Below, piece after piece: positions 35,069 to 44,972 of a stretch of DNA of 64,000 bases. The stretch lies in the NCBI GenBank assembly GCA_049523135.1, contig JBEKNE010000001.1, positions 146,095 through 210,094 on the forward strand. The letters are read 5' to 3'. Source of the DNA: Candidatus Microgenomates bacterium (GTDB lineage Bacteria > Patescibacteriota > Microgenomatia > UBA8517). Both the position numbers and the translations under genes were made by a program. The stretch's first letter is position 1; each line of letters begins with the position of its first letter. The notes under the pieces were generated by a model, which searched no databases, was not told where the DNA came from, and saw only the letters and a program-made list of their open reading frames with translations.

Positions 35069-37408
35069 GTGAAAAAAATTGAGAAATCCATAGAATTAGG
35101 TGGCCGTAAACTCACTTTAACCACCGGAGAGCTTGCCGAACAGGCAGCCGGAGAAGTACTTGCCCGCATGGGTGATACCGTAGTTTTAGCTACCGTTGCC
35201 GTGGCTCCTCTTAAAATGGAGATGGATTATTTTCCTCTCTCTGTTGAATATCAGGAACGTCTTTACGCTGGAGGCCGAATCAAAGGAAGCCGATGGGTAA
35301 AACGCGAAGGACGCCCCACTGACGAAGAAGTTCTTTCGGCACGTCTTATTGATAGATCTATTCGTCCGCTTTTTCCAAAAAACTACAAAAAAGAAGTTCA
35401 GATTATTGTCATGGTGCTTTCGGTTGATGGAGAAAACGACCCCAAGATTTTGGGAGCAATTGCCGCCTCAACCGCAATTCATCTCAGTTCTCTTCCCTGG
35501 AAAGGCCCGGTTGCTCCTCTAACAGTCGGAATTAAAGACGGAAAGTATATAATTAATCCCGTTTCGACTGATTTGGAAACTTCACCGATGGATTTAACTG
35601 TGTCTTCTACAAAAGAAGCGGTTTTGATGGTCGAGGCAGGAGCACGCGAGGTAACCGAGAAGCAAATAGTTGAGGGAATTGAGTTTGCACAAAAAGAAAG
35701 CAAAGCAGTTCTTAAATTAATTGAAGAGATGGCGGAAGAAACCGGTGTTAAGAGGGAAGTTTATAAAGAAGAAAAACCTTCAGCCGAACTTGAAAACCAG
35801 GTCAAAAAGTTGGTTGGAGATAGAATGGCAGGCCTTGTTAAGAATATGGCCAATCATGAAGGACCTTCAGATGAATATGCTGAGTTTATTACGGCTATAA
35901 AAGATAATTTTGAAAAGGAAGACGATAGGAAATTTGTTTTGGACATTGTTGATCATATGAAGAAAGACTATATCCGCGAGCAGATTCTTAAAAAAGGAAT
36001 AAGACCCGATGGTAGAAAGTTGACGGAACTCAGAAAACTGACAGCCCAGGTAGGAATTTTGCCAAGAACTCATGGTAGTGCACTTTTTTCTAGAGGTCAG
36101 ACTCAAGTTCTTTCTGTTGCAACTCTCGGATCCGAATCAATGGGACAACTTTTGGAAAGCGCCGAAGGCGAAGAAGAAAAGCATTATATGCATCACTATT
36201 CCATGCCTCCTTATGCGACAGGTGAAACAGGGAGAATCGGATCTCCAAATAGGCGCGAAATCGGACATGGAATGCTAGCTGAGCGTGCACTAGTACCCGT
36301 TATTCCTTCTCAGGAAGAATTTCCTTATGCCATTCGTGTTGTTTCGGAAGTAATGAGTTCAAATGGTAGTACCTCAATGGCATCTGTTGTCGGATCAACA
36401 CTTTCCTTGATGGATGCCGGAGTTCCTATCAAAGCCCCCGTTGCCGGAATTGCAATGGGACTAATTATTGAGGACGACAAAAATTTTGCAGTTCTGACGG
36501 ATTTAATGGGAATTGAGGATTTTAATGGAGATATGGACTTCAAAGTTGCGGGAACTGCAAAAGGGATTACGGCACTTCAGATGGATGTAAAAACTCTTAG
36601 CTTAACTACAAATATTCTTGAGAAAGCTTTAGATCAGGCAAAGGATGCCCGGGCACAAATTATGAAAAAGATTTTGGAAACCCTTCCTGAATCAAGGAAA
36701 ACTGTTTCGGAATATGCCCCGAAGATTAAGGTTGTAAAAATTCCTGTCGATAGAATAGGAGAATTTATAGGTCCTTCAGGTAAGAATATTAAGAAATTAA
36801 TGGCCGATACCGGGACACAAATTGATGTCAATGATGATGGCGGAGTCAGTGTTTCAGGAGTGGATCCGGAAAAAATGGAGAAAGCTATAGCCTGGGTTAC
36901 CGGATTTGCCAAGGAAGTTAAAGCAGGTGAAATTTACGAAGGAGAAGTTGTGAGATTAATGCCTTTCGGAGCTTTTGTAAACATTTTGCCCGGTAAAGAC
37001 GGAATGGTACACGTAACCGATATGGGAGTTGAGGGATTTGTTAAAGATGCGGGCGATGTTGTTCATATCGGACAAAAAGTTCAAGTTAGAGTCAAGGAAA
37101 TTGACGATCAAGGAAGAATCAACCTTAGTATGAATATGGATCCAACCAAAGATAAACCGAGAGAAGAAAGACCACGCGGAAGTTTTGGCGGAGGAAGAGG
37201 GGGATACGGCGGTGGCAGAAATAGTTTTGGAGGCGGAAGAACCGGTTATCAAAGGGGAGCTAACAGGGGTTTTGGCGGAAGCAGGGGCGGATATTCAAGG
37301 GGACCAAGAGCAGGATTCTCCAGACCGGATGAAAATGGCGGAGCTGGCGGACCCCATTTCCCAACTTCAAGGTTGGTTGAAGAAAGCAAAAAGAGCTTCG
37401 ACAGATAA
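35069..37408 (+). CDS. pnp: Polynucleotide phosphorylase with an unusual C-terminal RGG/Gly-Arg-rich tail
   Basis: GTG start. Two RNase PH domains, KH and S1 domains, then about 80 aa of FGGGRGGYGGGRNSFGGGRTGYQRGANRGFGGSRGGYSRG. Confidence 0.93.
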   Translation: MKKIEKSIELGGRKLTLTTGELAEQAAGEVLARMGDTVVLATVAVAPLKMEMDYFPLSVEYQERLYAGGRIKGSRWVKREGRPTDEEVLSARLIDRSIRPLFPKNYKKEVQIIVMVLSVDGENDPKILGAIAASTAIHLSSLPWKGPVAPLTVGIKDGKYIINPVSTDLETSPMDLTVSSTKEAVLMVEAGAREVTEKQIVEGIEFAQKESKAVLKLIEEMAEETGVKREVYKEEKPSAELENQVKKLVGDRMAGLVKNMANHEGPSDEYAEFITAIKDNFEKEDDRKFVLDIVDHMKKDYIREQILKKGIRPDGRKLTELRKLTAQVGILPRTHGSALFSRGQTQVLSVATLGSESMGQLLESAEGEEEKHYMHHYSMPPYATGETGRIGSPNRREIGHGMLAERALVPVIPSQEEFPYAIRVVSEVMSSNGSTSMASVVGSTLSLMDAGVPIKAPVAGIAMGLIIEDDKNFAVLTDLMGIEDFNGDMDFKVAGTAKGITALQMDVKTLSLTTNILEKALDQAKDARAQIMKKILETLPESRKTVSEYAPKIKVVKIPVDRIGEFIGPSGKNIKKLMADTGTQIDVNDDGGVSVSGVDPEKMEKAIAWVTGFAKEVKAGEIYEGEVVRLMPFGAFVNILPGKDGMVHVTDMGVEGFVKDAGDVVHIGQKVQVRVKEIDDQGRINLSMNMDPTKDKPREERPRGSFGGGRGGYGGGRNSFGGGRTGYQRGANRGFGGSRGGYSRGPRAGFSRPDENGGAGGPHFPTSRLVEESKKSFDR

Positions 37409-37451
37409 CTTCGTTGTGGATTGATCATTATGGGTTTACAATTTATTAGTT

Positions 37452-38294
37452 ATGGAAGGTATCGAATCAGATGTTGAAAATCAAGTTTTTGTTGCTCCCA
37501 ATATTGAAAAAATTGATGAGGGGAATGGCCCTGTTGAAGGAGTAGTTAAAAAAGCTAAAGATTTAGGTTTAAATGTTCCTTCTGGACAAGGTCTTGATCT
37601 CTCTCAAATTAAAAATTTATATGGGGAGAATGACTATTTTGAAAAGAAGAGATTGTATGGAGACAGGATTGCTAAAGGGTCAACTGCAGAAGTGTTTTTA
37701 GATAGAAAGACGGGAATTATTACAAAAATCTTTGAACCAAATCTAACAGAGGCGCAAATCAAAAAGAATGCAGAGCAGATAGGAATATATAAAAACAATA
37801 ATGGCAAACAAGAGTCATTAACTTTTGTAAGAGAAATTCCAGGAGGCTGGCAACAAAAATACTTAGTAAATGACGGTGACATTTTAGGATTGGCTACTTC
37901 AGACCAACCTCCAATTACAGATCAAGAAATTGATCAAGCTATTAATGACGTGATTCAATTGGCTGAAATCACGGGCTGTGCCCATGGAGATTTAGTCAAG
38001 CATCCTGGTGAAGTCGGTGATTGGCAAAGAGAATTGTTGAGAAAACAATTCGAAGTTGTTGAGCAGACCGGCTATATAAATTTTCAAAATGTTTTATTTC
38101 GAAAGGAACTTGGCGGAACGCGAAAATTACTCTTTCTGGATTGGGATGGTGCTTCTGACCCAATAACTATCGGGGGAACTGTGGATACAAAAGATAAGAG
38201 ATTTATTGAAGGAGAAATAAAACTGTTCGGTGATGGTCTAAAAAATATACAATCAAAAATGACTAACAGACAGAGTGAAATTAATAATCCTTAG
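37452..38294 (+). CDS. Protein-kinase-like (PKL) fold putative kinase (APH/ChoK/RIO/Kdo-kinase-like)
   Basis: Gly-rich loop-like KGSTAEVFLDRKTGIITKIF; HGD catalytic-loop-like CAHGDLVKHPGEV; and a DFG-equivalent LFLDWDGA. Confidence 0.4.
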   Translation: MEGIESDVENQVFVAPNIEKIDEGNGPVEGVVKKAKDLGLNVPSGQGLDLSQIKNLYGENDYFEKKRLYGDRIAKGSTAEVFLDRKTGIITKIFEPNLTEAQIKKNAEQIGIYKNNNGKQESLTFVREIPGGWQQKYLVNDGDILGLATSDQPPITDQEIDQAINDVIQLAEITGCAHGDLVKHPGEVGDWQRELLRKQFEVVEQTGYINFQNVLFRKELGGTRKLLFLDWDGASDPITIGGTVDTKDKRFIEGEIKLFGDGLKNIQSKMTNRQSEINNP

Positions 38295-38340
38295 TGTTTT
38301 TATAATTGAATTAATCCGAGCTTCAGTGTAGATTTAAGTT

Positions 38341-39387
38341 ATGGATTCTGCTGCCCAGGAAATTACTGTTTTAATCGATAGAATTAAAAAAGCTGATCTG
38401 CCGGAGAAACTTCGAGAACTAGTTTTGGTTCGTCTTGCACAACTTTCAAAACTTACAAATTCACCCTCTTTCTTACCGGAGTTTGACAGTATGGAAAGGT
38501 ATATCGATTGGATTACAGTTTTACCCTGGAATAAAAGAACTCAGGATACGCTTGATCTTGAAAATGCCAAAAAGATTTTGGAACTTCACCATTACGGTTT
38601 GACGGATATTAAAACCCGTATTTTGGAATATATGAGTGTTATGAAACTTAAGCAGGAAAAAGGGGAAACAAAAGATATTTATAGAGCACCCATTCTTTGT
38701 TTCGTGGGTTTGGTTGGTACCGGCAAAACGACTATTGCCTATTCAATTGCGGAAGCCTTGGGGCGCCCTATTGCTAGAATTCCTTTCGGAGGAATGGGAG
38801 ACCCGCTGGATCTTAGAGGTCAAAGCAGAATGCATCCGGAAGCGGAACCTGGAAAAATAATTAAAGCATTGAAAGATGTCCAGACAAAAAACCCCGTAAT
38901 TCTTTTGGACGAAATTGACAGGGTTACTGAGGAAGGAAGAAGTTCAATAATGGGAGTTTTGGTTGAGCTTCTAGATCCCCGTCAGAATTATGCTTTTACC
39001 GATCACTATGTTGATTTTCCGTTTGATCTTTCCGAAGTCTTGTTTATTACAACTGCCAATAATACAACCAATATAGCAACGGCTGTGATGGATAGACTTG
39101 AACCGATTTCGATGCCCAGCTATACCGATCAGGAAAAAGTAACAATAGGTCAAAGATATGTTCTGCCTTCTTCAATGAAGGCCGCAGGACTCCCCCAAGG
39201 ATCTTTGATAATTGATCCGGATGTCTGGGCAAACATTGTTAGGCCCTTGGGTTATGATGCTGGAATACGTACGTTGGAGCGAAACATCGACAGTATTGTC
39301 AGAAAAGTTGCAAAAATTATTGTTGAAGGGAAAGCCCAGAATGTTCATGTTACCTCGCAAAATATAAAGGAGTTCTTGCCTCAGTAG
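38341..39387 (+). CDS. Lon-type AAA+ ATPase module only (no N-terminal LON domain, no C-terminal protease domain)
   Basis: Aligns to the E. coli Lon linker plus AAA+ region (roughly residues 235-585 as I recall it). Key matches are YIDWITVLPWNKR, HYGLTDIKTRILEY, the Walker A GLVGTGKTT, the Walker B ILLDEIDR, and sensor regions (FITTANN, DRLE, GIRTLER). The stop falls exactly at the AAA/protease interdomain boundary. Confidence 0.7.
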   Translation: MDSAAQEITVLIDRIKKADLPEKLRELVLVRLAQLSKLTNSPSFLPEFDSMERYIDWITVLPWNKRTQDTLDLENAKKILELHHYGLTDIKTRILEYMSVMKLKQEKGETKDIYRAPILCFVGLVGTGKTTIAYSIAEALGRPIARIPFGGMGDPLDLRGQSRMHPEAEPGKIIKALKDVQTKNPVILLDEIDRVTEEGRSSIMGVLVELLDPRQNYAFTDHYVDFPFDLSEVLFITTANNTTNIATAVMDRLEPISMPSYTDQEKVTIGQRYVLPSSMKAAGLPQGSLIIDPDVWANIVRPLGYDAGIRTLERNIDSIVRKVAKIIVEGKAQNVHVTSQNIKEFLPQ

Positions 39388-39398
39388 TATAGAATAGA

Positions 39399-39878
39399 TT
39401 GATGAAAATTTTAGTAATATCCGATTCTCATGGAAATATTACCGGCTTAAAACATGTTTTGGGTTTTGCCAAAAAAATTGGTATTGATGTTGTAATTCAT
39501 GCCGGGGACTGGAATACGGCTGAATCGGTTAAGACAGTTTTGTCTTTTGGAATTCCTCTTTATACGGTTTTGGGAAACGCAGACATTGATCCAAAAGTAA
39601 GTGAAGAACTAAAAGCGAAGAGCAAAAAGTTTGACGAAGATTTTTTGATAATAAATCTTAATGGAAAAAATATCGGAATTACCCATAAACCAGCGGACAA
39701 TAAAAAATATTTTTTGGGCAAAAAATTGGACATTATTTTTAATGGACACTTGCATTCGAGATATGAAAGCAGCCAAACTTCGGTTAAAGTTATCCGCCCG
39801 GGAGCAATAATAAAAGGAAACAATTTTGCAATTTATGAAACCTCGACAAATAAGGTAGAATTCATTGAAGATGTCTAA
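39399..39878 (+). CDS. Calcineurin-like metallophosphoesterase (YfcE/MJ0936 family)
   Basis: ISDSHGN, HAGDW, GNAD and NGHLH metal-binding motifs. Length is 159 aa. Confidence 0.7.
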   Translation: MMKILVISDSHGNITGLKHVLGFAKKIGIDVVIHAGDWNTAESVKTVLSFGIPLYTVLGNADIDPKVSEELKAKSKKFDEDFLIINLNGKNIGITHKPADNKKYFLGKKLDIIFNGHLHSRYESSQTSVKVIRPGAIIKGNNFAIYETSTNKVEFIEDV

Positions 39879-40506
39879 ATACGAAGAACTTCACAAGCTG
39901 GAGGAAGAAATGGAAAAGGATGATTCACTTCCTCTTAGATCCGATGTCACAAAACTGGTTTTTGGAACGGGAAATACCGAAGCTAAAATTCTCGCAGTCG
40001 GGGAGGGTCCCGGGTTCAATGAAAACCAACAGGGAATTCCGTTTGTTGGACAAGCCGGAAAGCTTCTTGATAAATTATTTCCTTTGGCGGGACTGGAACG
40101 AAAAGAAGTTTTCATTACCAATATTGTTCATCATAGACCTCCCGAAAACCGCGATCCACTTCCAAACGAAATAGAAGCTTACGGAAAGTATTTGGATAAA
40201 ATTATTCAAATTATCGACCCTGAAATTATTATTACCTTAGGACGCTACTCAATGGCTAAGTTTTTGCCCAATATTTTTATTTCGGCTGTGCACGGCAAGA
40301 GGTATGACATTACTTGGAATGGAAAAATGATTACCGTTATTCCCATGTATCACCCGGCGGCATCGCTTAGGAACAGCAACATACTGGAACTTGAAAAAAC
40401 GGATTTTGTTAATTTGAAAGAAATCCTGAAAAAGATTGAAAATGAGAAAAAGACAAAAGAAACGGAAAGTGCTAAAGTAAAAGTGGAACAGATGAACCTT
40501 GTTTAA
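39865..40506 (+). CDS. Uracil-DNA glycosylase superfamily protein (family 4/5-like, lacking Fe-S cysteines)
   Basis: GEGPG..PFVGQAGKLL motif A and HHRPPENRDP motif. There are no Cys at the usual cluster positions. Confidence 0.75.
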   Translation: MKMSKYEELHKLEEEMEKDDSLPLRSDVTKLVFGTGNTEAKILAVGEGPGFNENQQGIPFVGQAGKLLDKLFPLAGLERKEVFITNIVHHRPPENRDPLPNEIEAYGKYLDKIIQIIDPEIIITLGRYSMAKFLPNIFISAVHGKRYDITWNGKMITVIPMYHPAASLRNSNILELEKTDFVNLKEILKKIENEKKTKETESAKVKVEQMNLV

Positions 40507-40510
40507 CAAA

Positions 40511-42163
40511 ATGCCCTCACTTAAATTCATTGCCCTTTCGGGTACTACAGATGTAACGGAAAATCTTTACGTTTATGAGTACGGGAACGATATGATTGTC
40601 GTTGATTGCGGAGTCGGATTTCCCGATAGCGAAATGTTTGGGGTTGATCTTGTTATTCCTGACTTTTCCTATATTAAGAAAAATGCTAATAAACTTCGGG
40701 GAGTGTTAATTTCCCACGGACACGAAGATCATTTGGGAGGCCTGCCATTTCTTCTTAAAGATGTAAAAACGACTATTTATGCGACAAAACTTGTTGGTGG
40801 TTTTATTCAGGATAAATTTGTAGATTACGACACCCCTCCCCCAAAGATTAACGTTTTTGATCCGGACCGCGATGTTTTAACTCTTGGGGTTTTTAAAATT
40901 ACACCGTTTCGTGTAAGTCATTCTGTTCCTGATGGGGTTGGTTTTTGTATCGATACTCCCGAAGGAAAAGTTTTCCATGTTCCGGATTATAAATTTGACT
41001 GGACACCCGTTGACGGACGTCCTTTTGATGCCGCTAAAGTTGCAACCTTAGCTTCTCAGGGAGTTTTGGCTTTGGCTTCTGACGCACTTGGAGCAAACAC
41101 TCCCGGATATACCGAAAGCGAGCAAGCTCTTGAGGGTAGGATCGAAGCTGTTGCCCGAGATGTAAAGGGTAAAATTTATCTGACAACAATCTCGAGTAAT
41201 ATCAGCAGAATTCAGCAAACAATAAATGTCGCTGCAAAAGTCGGAAGAAAAGTTTGTTTTATCGGCAGGTCTACGGAAAGAAAAGCCCAAATTGCCAAGG
41301 ACCTCGGATACCTTTTTTACCCGAATGGTTTGGTCATAAAATCCAAACAGGCGGGTAAACTTCCGCCAAATAAGATTTTTTATATAATTTCGGGAAGTTA
41401 TGGTCAACCCGGGAGCGCGCTTTATAGGCTTTGCATGGGTGAACATGACTTCTTAACAATCGGAAAAGGAGATGTTGTTATATTTTCCGCCGATCCTGCC
41501 CCGCCCGGAAGTAAGGCGAATGTTGATTTCTTGGTTGATAAGCTAATTGAGGCGGACGTCGATGTCCACTACTATGATATGCAGGAAGATCTGCATGTCT
41601 CTGGTCACGGAAGTATTGGGGATATTGAAATGCTTTTTGCATTGGTAAAACCCAAATATTACATTCCGATAGGAGGAACAATAAGACACATGAGAGCCTA
41701 TGGTCTTATTGCACAGAGGATGGGGGCTACCGAAAATGATGTATTAGAACTTCTGCCCGGAGACATTGTTGAATTTAATAACCAAAATGCTCGGCTTGCT
41801 GGCAAAGTCCCCGTAAAGGAAGTTATGGTGGATGGGCTTGGAATTGGGGATGTCGGAAATGTTGTTTTGAGAGATAGACACATTCTTTCCAAGGAGGGAA
41901 TTGTTATTGCTATAATTCATTTTGATAGAAACCAAAGCATACTTTTGCAGGAGCCTGAGATTATGAGTCGGGGATTTGTTTTTGAACAAAAATACGGAAA
42001 AATTCTGGAGGATGCAAGTAGGGAACTATCCCGTGCGATGCAGAAAAAGAAATCAATAAACTCTAATGTTGTCAGAAATATTGCAATAGATTTCTTAGAA
42101 AGATACTTCTATCAGAAAACGGGCCGCAGGCCCATGATTCTTCCCGTGGTTGTTGAGGTTTGA
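40511..42163 (+). CDS. rnj: Ribonuclease J (metallo-beta-lactamase / beta-CASP RNase)
   Basis: HGHEDHLGG motif, beta-CASP and C-terminal domains, ~550 aa. An alternative TTG start lies at 40499. Confidence 0.85.
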   Translation: MPSLKFIALSGTTDVTENLYVYEYGNDMIVVDCGVGFPDSEMFGVDLVIPDFSYIKKNANKLRGVLISHGHEDHLGGLPFLLKDVKTTIYATKLVGGFIQDKFVDYDTPPPKINVFDPDRDVLTLGVFKITPFRVSHSVPDGVGFCIDTPEGKVFHVPDYKFDWTPVDGRPFDAAKVATLASQGVLALASDALGANTPGYTESEQALEGRIEAVARDVKGKIYLTTISSNISRIQQTINVAAKVGRKVCFIGRSTERKAQIAKDLGYLFYPNGLVIKSKQAGKLPPNKIFYIISGSYGQPGSALYRLCMGEHDFLTIGKGDVVIFSADPAPPGSKANVDFLVDKLIEADVDVHYYDMQEDLHVSGHGSIGDIEMLFALVKPKYYIPIGGTIRHMRAYGLIAQRMGATENDVLELLPGDIVEFNNQNARLAGKVPVKEVMVDGLGIGDVGNVVLRDRHILSKEGIVIAIIHFDRNQSILLQEPEIMSRGFVFEQKYGKILEDASRELSRAMQKKKSINSNVVRNIAIDFLERYFYQKTGRRPMILPVVVEV

Positions 42164-42191
42164 GGCAACTTCGATATACAATGGTTTTATC

Positions 42192-44315
42192 ATGGCATTC
42201 AAGAAAAGAAAAAGATTCACAAAAAGAGCCTTCAGGTTGAAGTTAAAAAAGGAGTCGATGTTTTCAATTTCTCAAATTATCTTTTTTGCAATTGCTGTTC
42301 TTATACTTATTTCTTTCTCGCGCCAAGGAGTGGTCTTACTTAAGTTCAATACACTGCTTCTTAATTATTTTTCGTGGTCTTCTATTTTTTTACCGTTTAT
42401 TTTTTTATCTTTTGCTTTTCTTCTTTCCAAAGTTAAATTTGTCTTGGGGCAACCTAATGTGGTTGTCGGCGGACTTCTTTTCTTTATTGCCGTAATGGGC
42501 TTAGGGCATGCAGGTATAGTTGGGCTGACTATTTGGGAATCGATTGTGGCTCTTATTACAGGAGTTGGCGCAGCAATAATTTATGTAGGTGTCGGAATGG
42601 TTGGTCTGATTATTTTATTTAATACATCGATTGATCAAGTTTACAAAATTATTAAAGAAATGTTCCGGCAGGTTAGTATCTATATTCATGGGAATGGTGG
42701 ACAACTGCAAATCGGCGGAAAGCCTCTTTCCAAAGGACCAATGAAAGTCTCGGGAGGTGGAATATTTCAGACGCAGGGAGTTAATAGACCTGCCGCTCCT
42801 ATTGCTGGTGCCGGTATTTCAAAAGAGCCATTGGAACAAAAGCTTGTGAGTAATATTCCGGGAGAAGAAAAAATCTGGAAATACCCAAGTCTAGATCTCT
42901 TAACGGGTGTTGAGACGGGTAAAGCGGATAGAGGCGATATCAAAGGAAATGCCGATACGATTGAGAAAAATCTGGAATCTTTCGGAATTACCGCCAGAGT
43001 AGTTGAGGTCAATTTAGGCCCGGCTGTTACCCAGTATGCATTGGAAGTTGCTCTGGGAACGAAACTTTCAAAAATTACTTCACTGGAAAGGGATTTGGCT
43101 CTGGCTCTTTCTGCTCCCACAGGTACCATAAGAATAGAAGCTCCTATTCCCGGGCGTAACTTAGTCGGAATTGAACTTCCTAATAGATCTGCTGAATTTG
43201 TGACCTTGAGAAAAATAATGGAATCTGAAGCAATGCGTACTGCAAAATCTAAGCTTGAAATCTCTCTTGGGTTAGATGTTTCGGGAAAGCCTGTTGTTGC
43301 CGATATTGCCAAAATGCCCCACCTTCTTATTGCCGGGCAAACAGGATCCGGTAAATCAGTTTGTATCAATGCGTTTTTGGGATCCCTTCTTTTCAGAGCA
43401 TCACCCGCTGAGCTGAAGCTAATTCTGGTTGATCCTAAAAGAGTGGAATTGACACATTACAATGGCATTCCACACCTTCTTTCACCCGTAATTGTTGAAC
43501 CGGAAAAAGTTATCTCAGCCTTAAATTGGATAATATCTGAAATGGACAGGCGCTATAAGCTTTTTGCCCAAGTTGGAGCCAGAAATATTGATTCGTACAA
43601 CCAGATCTCAGGTTTTCAGGCATTGCCTTATATTGTTCTTTTTATTGATGAACTCGCGGATATAATGCTTTTCTCTCCTGTTCAGGTTGAAGATGCTATT
43701 ACCCGTATTGCCCAGATGAGTAGGGCAACGGGAATTCATATGGTTCTTGCAACCCAGAGGCCTTCGGTTGATGTTATAACAGGTTTAATCAAAGCCAATA
43801 TCCCGAGTAGAATTGCATTTGCCGTAGCATCCCAAATTGACTCCCGCGTAATTCTTGATACTCAAGGAGCGGAGAAACTTTTAGGTAGAGGGGATATGCT
43901 TTATTTGCCTCCGGAACAGGCTAAACCAATTAGAATTCAGGGAGCTTTTGTAAATGATGAAGAAATAAACAGTCTTGTTGCTTTCCTTAAAGAACAAGGA
44001 GTTAACCCTCAATATACGGAAGAAGTTACTTCGATGCCTAAAGCGGGAGCGGCTTCTGTCCCGGGGGTAGAAGGGGAGGTTGATGACTTTTTTAAAGAAG
44101 CGGTTAAAATTGTCTGTCAATACGACAGAGCTTCGGCCTCTCTTTTACAAAGAAGACTTTCAATCGGTTATGCCCGCGCCGCCAGAATTGTGGATCAGCT
44201 GGAAGCGGCCGGTGTTATTGCCCCAACCGGAGGTGGTAGTAAGGCCCGAGAGGTTTTAGTCCAAAACGCCGATGAATTTTTGGCTTCTTTTGGAAATCCC
44301 CCTACCCAGGAGTAA
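42192..44315 (+). CDS. ftsK: DNA translocase FtsK/SpoIIIE
   Basis: N-terminal TM helices, Walker A GQTGSGKS, Walker B LFIDELAD, and a C-terminal gamma (winged-helix) domain. I chose the start at MAFKKRK to avoid overlap with rnj. Confidence 0.85.
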   Translation: MAFKKRKRFTKRAFRLKLKKESMFSISQIIFFAIAVLILISFSRQGVVLLKFNTLLLNYFSWSSIFLPFIFLSFAFLLSKVKFVLGQPNVVVGGLLFFIAVMGLGHAGIVGLTIWESIVALITGVGAAIIYVGVGMVGLIILFNTSIDQVYKIIKEMFRQVSIYIHGNGGQLQIGGKPLSKGPMKVSGGGIFQTQGVNRPAAPIAGAGISKEPLEQKLVSNIPGEEKIWKYPSLDLLTGVETGKADRGDIKGNADTIEKNLESFGITARVVEVNLGPAVTQYALEVALGTKLSKITSLERDLALALSAPTGTIRIEAPIPGRNLVGIELPNRSAEFVTLRKIMESEAMRTAKSKLEISLGLDVSGKPVVADIAKMPHLLIAGQTGSGKSVCINAFLGSLLFRASPAELKLILVDPKRVELTHYNGIPHLLSPVIVEPEKVISALNWIISEMDRRYKLFAQVGARNIDSYNQISGFQALPYIVLFIDELADIMLFSPVQVEDAITRIAQMSRATGIHMVLATQRPSVDVITGLIKANIPSRIAFAVASQIDSRVILDTQGAEKLLGRGDMLYLPPEQAKPIRIQGAFVNDEEINSLVAFLKEQGVNPQYTEEVTSMPKAGAASVPGVEGEVDDFFKEAVKIVCQYDRASASLLQRRLSIGYARAARIVDQLEAAGVIAPTGGGSKAREVLVQNADEFLASFGNPPTQE

Positions 44316-44348
44316 ACTCTGAAATAAATTCAGGAAGATAAAAATATT

Positions 44349-44972
44349 ATGAGAACGATTGGTCAAATTGTTAAAAATGCACGTACTGGAAAAAGACTTT
44401 CTTTGAAAGATCTTGAAGGAAAAACAAAAATAAAAGCCGCCTTTGTTCAATCTATTGAAAAAGAAAATTGGCAGGATCTACCTCCTTTTCCGACAGTTCT
44501 CGGATTTGTAAAAAGTCTTTCGGGGGAACTGGGAATTGACGAGAAAATGGCGGTAGCAGTACTTAAGCGCGATTATCCGCTTAAAAATCTTAATATTAAT
44601 CCCAAAGAGACAAAGAAAGTATTCACTTGGAGTCCAAAACTTACATTTACCGTTGGAGTTGGAGCTATAGTACTTGCTGTTTTAGGATACTTGGCCTTTC
44701 AATATATAAGATTTGTTTCTCCGCCAACTTTGGTAATTGAAAGTCCTGTCGAAGGACAAGTTATAAATGGTAATTCTGTTTTAGTTTTTGGCCAAACCGA
44801 TCCCGATGCAAAAGTAATTGTAGATAATGAACCGGTTCTGACGGACGAAGACGGAAAATTTTCTGTGAATATCGATATAACCCCCACAACAAAAGAGATA
44901 TCTATTGAAGCAACTTCAAGATCCGGAAAAGAAAGAATTATCAACCGTACAATTAATATTCAGTCTGATTGA
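44349..44972 (+). CDS. rodZ: RodZ-like cytoskeleton protein (XRE-type HTH + TM + C-terminal beta domain)
   Basis: N-terminal HTH (IGQIVKNARTGKRLSLKDLEGKTKIKAAFVQSIE), then a TM helix and a C-terminal domain. Confidence 0.55.
   Translation: MRTIGQIVKNARTGKRLSLKDLEGKTKIKAAFVQSIEKENWQDLPPFPTVLGFVKSLSGELGIDEKMAVAVLKRDYPLKNLNINPKETKKVFTWSPKLTFTVGVGAIVLAVLGYLAFQYIRFVSPPTLVIESPVEGQVINGNSVLVFGQTDPDAKVIVDNEPVLTDEDGKFSVNIDITPTTKEISIEATSRSGKERIINRTINIQSD

Noticed and set aside
38341-39387. Lon AAA+ ORF as merely the middle fragment of a frameshifted full-length lon gene
   Set aside because: Upstream (kinase-like ORF) and downstream (phosphoesterase, UDG) reading frames in all three phases show no LON N-domain or S16 protease (Ser-Lys dyad) sequence, and the ORF ends precisely at a domain boundary. 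I therefore kept it as a stand-alone module, while flagging pseudogenisation as the refuting scenario.
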